NCBI RefSeq assembly: GCF_902459465.1 | Contig: NC_047065.1 | Span: 868,001-932,000, forward strand | Reading direction: 5' to 3' | Length of the DNA stretch: 64,000 bases | Source: Asterias rubens | Lineage: Eukaryota | In this document: positions 45,501 through 55,408 of the stretch, one piece after another | How the letters are laid out: the number at the start of each line of letters is the position of its first letter | How positions within the stretch are numbered: position 1 is the stretch's first letter | Translations under genes and position numbers: made by a program | The notes under the pieces: model-generated | Told to the model about the DNA's origin: nothing | Databases searched by the model: none | The model's input: the letters and a program-made list of their open reading frames with translations, nothing else

Positions 45501-48500
45501 ATTCATTCAAATCTTCTTCAAGAAATTTTACTCTCATCTCCTACTCAACAAATGGGTCAAGCCATTTGTGGTAAGAAGCAACTTCACTAGAAGTATTTTT
45601 TCTTTGTACAATAAGACCGAGATATTAACACCTTGTTGCCCTTGAAATGCTAGAGCAGAAATTTACAATTTCCTCATAGGATGCCCATTACCCGAGGAGG
45701 AAATGCCTTGGTGCCCTTGCCCTTTCAAAAACAAAGCATACAGCCTGTTAACGATAATAATAACAGTGGCTTCTTAAGGCCAAGTCACACTGCAGCGATA
45801 ACAAAAACGATAACGATCACAAAGCAAAGAGGACGCATTCTATTGGTTGAAGTGCTCCACGCAGAATGCGCACACGCTTATTCACCCAATCGAGGGCGTT
45901 CATTTTTAACGTTCTCGTTATCGTGGCCTGTGTGATCGGGCCTTTATAATAGCGTTATTTTGCAGTATTTTTCCTGCAAGATATTGTGGAGCTAGGCTTT
46001 TGAAGTATGAAGCAATTCCTTTAAACCAATGTTTGCTTTTAATTACAATTACTATTAATACTAAAACAACTTTAAAAGTTGTCTTGAATAATGCTTGCGT
46101 TAGTGTTAATTTTTCATTAAGACCTTGTTGTTGAAGCTTCCCTTAACAATAAATATAACTATTTTTATTACAGTTCCTTGGGTTTATACTTTTGTTTTTG
46201 ATCTGTGGGTTACTAACTCTGAGGCTACCTGTTGGCTTAGAACAACGAATCCCTGTACCTGATGTAAGTTTGTTTAAGATACTACAGTAACTCTTCATAG
46301 TAATTAAGTAAACTTTTTTCAATCTTGGCCGGATTGAACTGGGTTGTCTTTGTTTGCTGTTCCCTCTACCAAACAATTTCCTGTTCTTACACAATCTACC
46401 CTAATCGCTCATCTATTCTTCACAGGTTCTTTGTTGTGTCCAAACCTTGCTGTCAGTCATCTTGGTTCAGGACCAGTGCTTTAATTGCTATTTAGCCTGT
46501 AGGCCTACAGGTAGTTCTGTAAAACATGTTTAATTTTTCCTGTAGCTTAACTTTTGTCTGCAAGTATTGTTTCTGTACTTTATTAAATAATAATAATAAT
46601 TTCAATTTGTACTTTTCACAGAACCATTATCTGTTAGATTATTTTGACTATGTGGAGAAATATCTCTCCGTTGGACCACCGGTATATTTTGTCGTCAAAT
46701 TCGGGGACATGGATGTTGCGAATAAGGTAGAGCATCAGAATCTCCTATGTGGCAGTGCAGGATGTGATATGCAATCATTATCTCAACAGGTCTTCCGAGC
46801 CTCTAACATCAAAGATTAGTAAGTCTTCTTGACCTAAACCTTTTTTTTCGGTCTGTTGTTGAGATTTTCCTTCTCTGGCCAGCCACACTAGAAGGCTGGC
46901 CTTTTCATAAGTCTACTTCTATGTCATTAACAACTATTACTTGGGTCATCCACAAATTACATTTTCAACATTGGCTCTTGCATTAGGTTGCAATACAAGG
47001 CGAAGAAGAAACCTACTAGTACCTAGTGACTATTTTATTGTTTAAAACAAAAAATTTGTAATTAATTCTTGTGTTTTTAAAATGTAATATTTTTGTTTGT
47101 AGTTAGTATCGAGTTGAATGTTTTAAGTGCACACATGGAAAACAATTTTCATTTTTTACTTATACACTGTGATGAAATAAATAAATTGAATTGAATTGAA
47201 AGTTTGACCACGTGAAGAGAGTTTTATCGAAACTTTTAAGTAACTTGAACTAATATTTAAATTATTGAAATGTGCATGAAATGTTTCAGTACTCGAATAT
47301 CTACTCCCCCGACATCTTGGATCGATGATTACTTTGATTGGCTAACTCCTAGCACATTGGAAAACTCCTGCTGTAAAGTATATGAACAACATCCAGAAGA
47401 CTTCTGTAATTTTGGTAAGAACTATTAAATTTGGTTCCACTATCACCATTTAAAGACACTGGACACCTTTGGTAATTGTAAAATAACAGTCTTCTCACTC
47501 GGTGTATCTCAACATGTGCACAAAACCTGTGAAAATTTTGAACTCAATTGGTAGTTGAAGTTGCGAGATAATAATGTAAGAAAAAACACACTTGTCACAT
47601 TTGCTCATAGTGCCCTTAACCGAGGAGAAACTGCCTTGGTGCCCTTGCCCTTCAAAAACGAAGCATACCGGCCTGATATAACAAAGTTGGTGCAGCCAAT
47701 AAAGTCAAACTTTGCAAAACGCACTTTTTAACAAAAAGGTCTAATTAAAATGTTCTTTGGTTCTGAATTTCAGATCCCTGGGAGACTTGTGAAACCTGTG
47801 TCCCACTAAGCCAGAAAGGAGAGCGTCCAGTTGGAGAAGTCTTTGAAAAGTTTCTTCCCGAATTTATCAATCATAATCCAGGAATATCCTGCCCAAAAGG
47901 GTGAGTAAAAGTTAGATTGATATGGTATGTGTCTTGGTGTTAATTAATAGTGGTGGGTTTTTTAGTTGTTAGTCTTTTGGTGGTGTAAAGTCAGGACATC
48001 ATTCATGACTGCCCAGACTTCAGACAACCAAAGAGCGAGCAGGGAAGACCTCGATGAGGATACCATCAAGTGGCTTGAAGTCACTAAAATACCAATTTAA
48101 TTGCGTTCAATGTTCACCTTGGTCCAAAGATCAAATTAAACAAGAAGAAGTTGATTTTTATATCTTTATTATTTGTTTTTATGTTTGCAAAGTGTCAGTT
48201 TGTGGTGAACCTCTAGCTATGAATGGCATGATGTGTGAAATAAGTTACGTAGCTGTGACATCAATCAAATACAACATCTCTTTAAAAACAATAACTTGTT
48301 TCTTAAAATGTAAACACAAATGTTGTTTTGTTTCTTTCAAACAGTGGAAGACCGTCTTACCATGATGCACTGCACTTCACAAATGATTCTCAAACACGAT
48401 TGGATGGTATGTTAGGCTCGGATACAAAAACCCCCAATTAAACTTACTCATAAAACTTTCTAATTTGCACCTCCATCTGCTCTCGGAAACTAGAACAGTT

Positions 48501-51500
48501 TTCTCTCAAGGCAGAATCACCGGGGACACATTTCCCTATGACACTTCCACTTTATAAGAGTTCATTATCATCTCCTGAACAATCCGATAAATCTACTCCG
48601 CGGCAGTAGAATATAGAAAGACAGTTTTCTCAAGAACAAACTCTACCTGGCAAGTAGATACACACATGGTGTTACCGCATATATTCATTATCATCATTAT
48701 AAAACCCTACTTTTGTACTTTGTGCAATTTGCAGCTTCGTATTTCTTCTCCTTCCATACCGTCTTGACCAAGTCTGAACAGTTCACTGCAGCCTGCAGAG
48801 AATCTCGCGTTATTGCTGCACAGGTCAAGGCAGACTTACAGATGAAGAATCCAGACCTTGGGGATGACTTTGATGTATTCTCATACAGGTTAGTTATAAA
48901 GGCAAAACTCTTGGGTTTGGGAACTCTGTGATTGTTTTGACCCTATAAGTGTAAATGTACATGTTTACAGTACAGATCAAAATTTAGTAGATGCCTCACG
49001 ATAGATTCAACGCAATATAAATAGCCTTTGCGCGTATATTGTACAATAAAACTAACATGTGAACATTCCAAAAGGTGGTCAAGATTGTGAGATATCAATG
49101 AAAATCCGGAGCCAATATGTCCAGCAAGGAAGAATTATCCCCGATGAATACCAGTACACAAACTGACTGCAAGTCAAATTTTAGGGCATAAAATACTGAG
49201 GCAAAGGACACTTCCATTGGATAATTTCAAGTCTATGAGAAACTTTTGAAAGGGCACCAAGGCCAAGACCAGGGCAGCAGTTGCCCGTCCAGTTAGTCAA
49301 GGTCTGCCTTAGACCACTAAGCGAGCCTGGGCCCAGTTTCATAAAGCTGTTAAGCAGAAAATTCTGCTTGGCAAAATTGTTTGCTAAGCAAAAATTGAAA
49401 CGGGCACCAATCTAAACAATGTAAAACTTAAGGCTGGTAACCTGTTTCTGTTAAGCAATACTTTTCTGTGCTTAGGAAGAAATTGGGCACAGGAGTTATT
49501 CTAGCCTGCTTTAGTCACTAGACCACTAATCAAGCCTGGTGCCAAGAGGCCCTTTTTCAATCTTACATTTATATATTTTCAGCTTCTTCTATGTTTACTA
49601 CGAGCAGTACATTGATCTGGTTCAGAAGGCTATAACTAATATCTCGATAGCCCTAGTGCCAATCTTCCTTGTCAGTTTCTTCATGCTGGGCTTTGATGTC
49701 ATCTCTGCTTTCTTCATTTTGTTGAACATCATTATGATTGTTGTGGATACACTTGGTTTCATGTACCTGTGGGGTGTAGACTTCAATGCTATATCTCTAG
49801 TCAATCTAACAATGGTGAGTTACGGCAGGTTTGTTACAACTTTAGTTGTTGTGGAAAGGGTTGAGACAGGGGGAGGGGCCAACAATAAAGGGCGAGAAGA
49901 TCAACAAAATTATTCATGTTTAGTTATGAAATATGAGGCCAACAATGCTGAAGTGCAGCTTTAGGCATGCTGCCAGGTTTACAAAATGTCGTTTTTGCCA
50001 TGCAATAAGTTGAATTGACTGTGCGTTTTCTTGATGACTATTGATACTCCTTGTCATAAGCTATGTCTGAGGTCAATACACAGTGGAAATTTTAATTTAT
50101 TCTGGGAGAAATCTGTGCTGGGCGATACATTTTGAGTTCTGGGCAGACCTAGCCAACAATAAACAAAGTAAATAAACCTCATCAGTTCAATCTATTGTTC
50201 ATGTTTAAACCGTGCTAAAGATGTATTTTTATGTTTCTTTACAATTCAGGCTATAGGTATGTCAGTGGAGTTTGTGTCACACACAACCCGTACATTCCGG
50301 ATGTGTACAAAACCAACGAGGAACGAAAGGGCAAAGTATGCCCTCTACCATACTGGAAGTGCCGTAAGTAAACAACCAAAATATTTCTCCTTTTCTAAAG
50401 ATACAAAAGAGTATTGCTCCTCAGCGATCATTGAGTGGCTTGTCGTGGCTGAGCAGATAAGAACACCAAAATCAAACTCTGGTGTTTCTCAGCAGAATGT
50501 TCGAGTCCCGGTCCTGACACTTGTGTCCTTAATCAAGACCCTTAACCATTATTGCTGCATACTTCCGATGGGACAAAATCCGTAGGTCCTGTGTGTTGTG
50601 TAATGCACATAAAAGAACCCAGTGCAGTTAGCGAAAAGAGAAGGGGTTTGCCCGAGGTTCCTGGTCTGATCAGCAGCATATTGTACCAAAGCACCATGTA
50701 AACCATTACATGGTGCTACATACTTCAAAACGTAGCTCCACATACCTCGCAGGGAACATACCACTTAAATACACTCCTAGGGGTGCATTAAAGCGTTAGA
50801 TAAGAACCTAGTATTACTACTGCAAATTTAATCCCTCCAATCCTCAAAAAACAGGTCCTGAGCGGAGTTGCTATGACCAATCTACCAGGTACCATCGTCT
50901 TAGTCTTCGCTACATCACAGCTGTTTGAGATCTTCTACTTCAGGATGTTCCTTATCATCACACTGCTCGGCACTGCACATGGAATCATCTTCCTACCAGT
51001 CCTCCTCAGTTACTTTGGTGAGTAAGCCTAGATTCAAGAGGTTGTGGGTTCGAATCCCACCTAAGTAGTATGCCTGTAATGTTTTTTACATAACTCAGGG
51101 TACAGTGTTTACACAGTTACTTTGGTGTGTAAGCCTAAACAAGATCGGCAAAGGTCATGGGTTTGAATCCCAAACTGATTTTTCTTCAAATTTAAAACCT
51201 ATCCTGATGTGTGTCACAGGTCTGAGCGTGAACAACCAACAAGATTTACAGATTGTTTTCTCTCGTTTTCTTGTACAGGGCCAGGCATAAATAAGGCACA
51301 ACTTCTGATTGAGCAACAGGAAGATAAGAAAGCCCTGCTTGCCAATGGCCCCAAACAACACGAAGCCAATGGCACTAACCCCATCTATGAAACAGGGCTA
51401 GGTAGCGGTGACGAGATACCACCAGATTATGCTGAGGTTGTGACCTATGAGGAGATCGGAGTTAAAGTTAACTTGAAGAAGAAGAAGACAGCGAGCGAAG

Positions 51501-51562
51501 ACAAAAGCAACGTGTCGGAAAAGGAGCAAGACACATCCCCAGAAGAGACAACACATATGTAA
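36596..51562 (+). CDS. NPC1L1: Niemann-Pick C1 family sterol transporter, NPC1L1-like (1374 aa)
   Basis: Twenty exons total 4125 nt in frame: 36596-36661, 37210-38475, 40120-40367, 40817-40935, 41694-41872, 42531-42659, 43481-43663, 44526-44640, 44935-45062, 45427-45570, 46174-46263, 46622-46818, 47290-47414, 47774-47900, 48345-48406, 48735-48888, 49583-49814, 50250-50363, 50855-51017, 51279-51562. They encode a Cys-rich NTD, MLD, sterol-sensing domain ([14 protein letters not shown]), CTD and TM9-13. NPC1-family membership is certain; the L1 subfamily call rests on diagnostic motifs. Confidence 0.85.
39131..39213. repeat. 83-nt hairpin (40-bp stem with one mismatch, 3-nt loop)
   Basis: gtaatcactcttcaaattaatgactctacaaacttttggt ttg accaaaagtttgtagagtcattaattttaagagtgattac. 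Confidence 0.95.
41200..41372 (+). mobile_element. tRNA-derived SINE, V-domain-like family; copies at about 57795-57970 (+), 42710-42835 (-), 54570-54730 (-) and 57690-57790 (-)
   Basis: Shared head caggttggctcagtgg, B-box-like ggtt(c/t)gaatccc, and core tgggttttagtc...ggttttcc(c)tcc. Confidence 0.6.
41923..41965 (+). ncRNA. Minimal type I hammerhead ribozyme motif (family X/Y; this copy has U4A)
   Basis: ttc-CAGAAGA-c-GATCAG agcata CTGATC-GAAA-C-GTC-gag: 6-bp stem II, palindromic ACGU stem III and a GUC cleavage triplet ending at 41959. Confidence 0.6.
43001..43360 (+). repeat. Head-to-tail 166-bp tandem duplication of a tRNA-derived SINE
   Basis: gtgt(g/a)aggg(t/g)aaaacc recurs at 43001, 43167 and 43333. 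Each full unit has an A-box-like agttggtag and the B-box gggttc(g/a)aatccc. Confidence 0.9.
43920..43958 (+). ncRNA. Minimal type I hammerhead ribozyme motif with compensatory U3-A8 pair; third unit of a tandem array (43745-43960)
   Basis: GCCT-UUGAGAA-a-GACTC accta GGGTC-GAAA-C-GTC-AGGC: 4-bp stem I, 5-bp stem II, ACGU stem III and predicted cleavage after 43954. Confidence 0.7.
50437..50820 (+). mobile_element. tRNA-derived SINE with Deu-domain-like core; reverse copy at 56218-56465
   Basis: The head is ggc..gtggctgagcag...gttcgagtccc. The core gatgggacaaaatccgtaggtcc...taaaagaacccagtgca...gaaaagagaaggggtt resembles the DeuSINE (AmnSINE1/SINE3/SURF1) central domain as recalled. The tail is taaagcgttagataagaac. 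Confidence 0.75.
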
Positions 51563-54500
51563 TTTATAAGTTGTTTTTAATAGAACATGTAAGTAGACGT
51601 TATTCGAAACGGCGCCCTCGTCTAGAGGTCAAAAGAAAGTTGCTCATTGGCCTATCATGCGCGTCGAGCATACATGCATGTGTTTACCATTTTTACGTCT
51701 TCAATTTGTCTCAAGATGGCAATGCATAAGGTTTATTCTTCATAGAGCAGAGATTAAAGACACTGGACACCTTTAGTAATTGTCAAAGACCAGTCTTCTC
51801 ACTTGGTGTATCTCAACATGCAAAAAATAACAAACCTGTACAATTTTTTAGCTCATTCAATTGGTCGTCGAAATTGGAGATAATAAAGAAAGAAAAACTA
51901 CCCTTGTCACACGAAGTTGTGTGCTTTCAGATGCTTGATTTCGAGACCTCAAAATCTAATTCTGATGTCTCGAAATCTCATTCTTGAAAAATAACTTCTT
52001 TCTCAAAAACTACGTTACTTCACAGGAAGCCGTTTCTCGCAATGTTTTTACCAATAGTGTCCACTGCCTTTAAGACAATGACCCCATTAGTGTAGCAGAA
52101 GCAGTGGTGGGGGCTCATAGATGGGTATCTGGTGTGATTGCAAAACTGCCAAAAGTCATAAGAACAAAACATTTTACGTCAGATTGTTCTATGGTAACTC
52201 TTTTCAAGAAAAATAAGGTTGGTTTTTCTCACTCCCTGGCCCATTTTCAGCTCATTCATGCGACAACATACAATATTGTATATGTGTGAGACATGCAAGG
52301 TTATGATACCTCGTTAGCTTCTACATAATTAATTGTATACTGCTCAAATAATGAAGACACTTTTTAGTATAAATGTCTGATAAAGTCTGACTTTTATCAT
52401 GTAATGTTTAACTTTTATTTTTACAACAATGTTTGGGATTTACGTGAGGGAAAGAGGGGAGTGACCTAAAAAATATCTTTGAAAAATAACTAAGAACAAT
52501 TAACGTGACACGAATCTAACTTACAAAATATGAGGCATTAATCTTGTTATGGCTGTTTACTTAAAGAATCTATTTGTATCATTTTTTGCTGCCATTAAAT
52601 TAAAAACAAAAGATAGCTGCAAAATGATGTGGGGTAGGTTGATGATCTGAACCCAACCGATGTTGCCAAGGCAACGGCTTGGAGATCTGAATTGCCTACA
52701 TTGTTCCCATGTTCAAACTTTTTAATATATTTTCACCAGGTTTGTGTTTACAGTGAATGTAATATCTGATGTGTGTAGTGGTAGTTTGAATTGTTCAATG
52801 TAGGAACTTGCCAGACCTAAAATAGCTGCATAGTGTTCCAGCCATATTAGAAAATACAAATCAACTCCGCTTTCCTACCAATACATAGCTGCCAATATTG
52901 GCATCGACAAACCATGGAGTTTGTGTACAACAATCACAGACATATTTAAAGTTACATTCAACACGATAAGAAACAAGTTTACATAATCAGGAAGATTTTC
53001 TTATTTGTTCATCAAAATATAGAAAGATTGGATAATTTGCAGGGAAATGTCTGCAGAGTCAGAGAGAGTGGACAGCCCTCCCAATAGTTTTGAGAGTGGG
53101 AGCTTTTTGATGAAATTACACAATTTCTATAGAAAATTCTGATATTGTTTCAATGGCAAAATTGTATTCAAATATTTGTCACTGTTTCAGTGAGATTGAA
53201 AATAGGGTGCCTTTGGTTCAATTCATCACTTCATTGAATAGAAGAAACAACAGGAGAAAAAAATATACAATTTGTTTTACATTTCAAAAAGTCAAATTGT
53301 TTCTCTAATGCCATTTAAATGGAAGGTATCTGTTTGGTAAACACTCATAAAATCAATGGCAATAAATACTTACTTCGATAGAAGTACAAAAGCTTTCGAT
53401 TGTATAAAGCATTTGACTTTAAAGTAATTATTTTTATGTGAAAATATATTAGTCTTATCCCCAACAATTTTGTGAGAAACATAACTGTCAGAAAAGTTTC
53501 TCAGATGTATCCCAACTACAGACTACTCTTCCTGCGTGGACATAACCGCTCCGGATTTTTGGCAATATCAAAAAACGTGACCACGTTTTAAAACTAAATT
53601 TTCAAAGGAATTATTTTATTGTAAATATCTTTGTTTATATAAGATTAAAACAATCGGTTCCAAACACCAAAGGTTTACTTTGCCCATATTGTGTGATCCT
53701 AAGTGTATATTTTCCTCAACAAATGCAAACCTGGTTATCTAACAAACTTGTCAATTTTGGCATTTTACTTATCGTTCTCCTCAATTATGCTGGAAAACCT
53801 CTCAGGGTGAGTGGTGATTTTGCCAACTTTATGTACGTCAAGTGGGTTCTATATCGCAAAAGCTTTTATATATTTTTTTTTTTTTTTTTTTTAGTTAGCT
53901 GAAAGTATGAACTAGAAGAATAAAAATGGGTTTACAAAAACTAAGATTATGATAAAAATTGTAGGATAATTATTTCGCTAGCTCCTGTAAGCCTTTGCTA
54001 AGAACCCCTTTTCACTAGACACATTGTAATGACAAATAGTAGAATTTTAGTTTGTCTACATGCACTTTATTGTACATTTGCCGATTCACAATTTTCTTTT
54101 GCAAATTTCTCTGATGTGTCTGACGTCTTCGACAGAAGTGAGTTCGAGGCACTATGACGAACTATTGCAGGTGCTATTAATTAAGGCTTTTAAAGTAAAC
54201 TCAACTCTGGAAAGCAAAGAAAAAAGCTTGTTCATAAAAAAGAAGAATTGGTTCAAATTTAAATGTTGCATAACTCTAATGTTACATTATGTGTGACTGT
54301 AACTTTGAATTTTATACGTATGATGAATGATATTAAAACAAGAATGCCAATGAGTTCTTTGTCTGTATTGAGTTTCTGAATTTATTTTCAAAGGATAAGT
54401 TTTTAGGTGGACTCTTTGAATATTTTGAGAAGAATTAGATTTAATATGGATTGACAAACATTATTTTATTTCATTGATTTAATTTATTCTTGTTGTGAAG

Positions 54501-54744
54501 CCAAGGCCTCTTATAAAAGCAAACTTAATAATTGTACTACTAGTCAAGAACCCCATGGATAGAAGACAAGGGAGGAAGTTTTAGTTTTAGATGTGGGTGG
54601 GAAAACCTCAGAGAATTATTTCAGGGAAAAACCAATGCAGCCATGTAGGGACTGAAAACCCAATCCACACAGTGTGATTCGAACCAGGGTCCGAGAGGTG
54701 GAAGGCGAGGAAAGATACCACTACGGCAAACCAAAATCATAAAC

Positions 54745-55036
54745 ATTAGAAGTGCTTTATATATTGTTCCTAGAAAGAACATCCTACGATCAAAGATTTA
54801 TATGAGAAAATTTCCAAGAAGAATCACCAAATCCATTTGACAACAAAGAATGCGGTTTGCTGGCCAAACCACCCATGGCAGACCAACACCAGGACGTCAA
54901 AGGAAGACCAATATTGACCAATTGATGGAGGATACCGGATGCAGGTTCAAAGATCTACCAAACACAATGAAAGACAGAGAAAGGTGGAAGAAACGTGTCA
55001 AAGAAAGCTGAGCACGCTCACATGATGATGATGAAG
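54745..55036 (+). mobile_element. 5'-truncated RTE-like LINE 3' end
   Basis: 54841-55011 translates QQRMRFAG...THGRPTPGRQRKTNIDQLMEDTG...MKDRERWKKRV*, typical of an RTE/RTE-X ORF2 C-terminus, followed by an (ATG)n tail. Confidence 0.8.
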
Positions 55037-55226
55037 ATAAATCTTGAATGAAAAGGAGATGGAAGCACTTTGTCTAATGTCATGCTGACATTGTAATATT
55101 GAGAGGACCGAGTAACGCATGTTTCCTAGAGTAACTCATGCTAAGAATTTGATACAACACATAGAATACAGATACTACAAAGTTTCACATACTTTGTCTC
55201 CATTATTTCTGTGCACAAATCAAACT

Positions 55227-55408
55227 TTGCAGCCTACTTTACATATTATCTATGAATATTTATAGTCTCACCTGTCACCTCCCCATCCCCAGTGGTATTC
55301 TGAACTACTTGCAGCCTACTTTACATATTATCTATGAATATTTATAGTCTCACCTGTCACCTCCCCATCCCCAGTGGTATTCTGAACTGCTTGCAGCCTA
55401 CTTTACAC
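55227..55408. repeat. 82-bp tandem duplication spanning the USB1 stop codon
   Basis: gcagcctacttt recurs at 55229, 55311 and 55393 (period 82). The two full copies differ at one position. Confidence 0.95.

Noticed and set aside
46139-46173. U12-like branch sequence TCCCTTAAC before NPC1L1-like exon 11
   Set aside because: The matching donor at 45571 is GTAAGA, a U2 type, so the intron is called major class.
36596-51562. Calling this gene plain NPC1
   Set aside because: At least five diagnostic motifs, the large second exon and the lack of a C-terminal dileucine favour NPC1L1-like, pending phylogeny.
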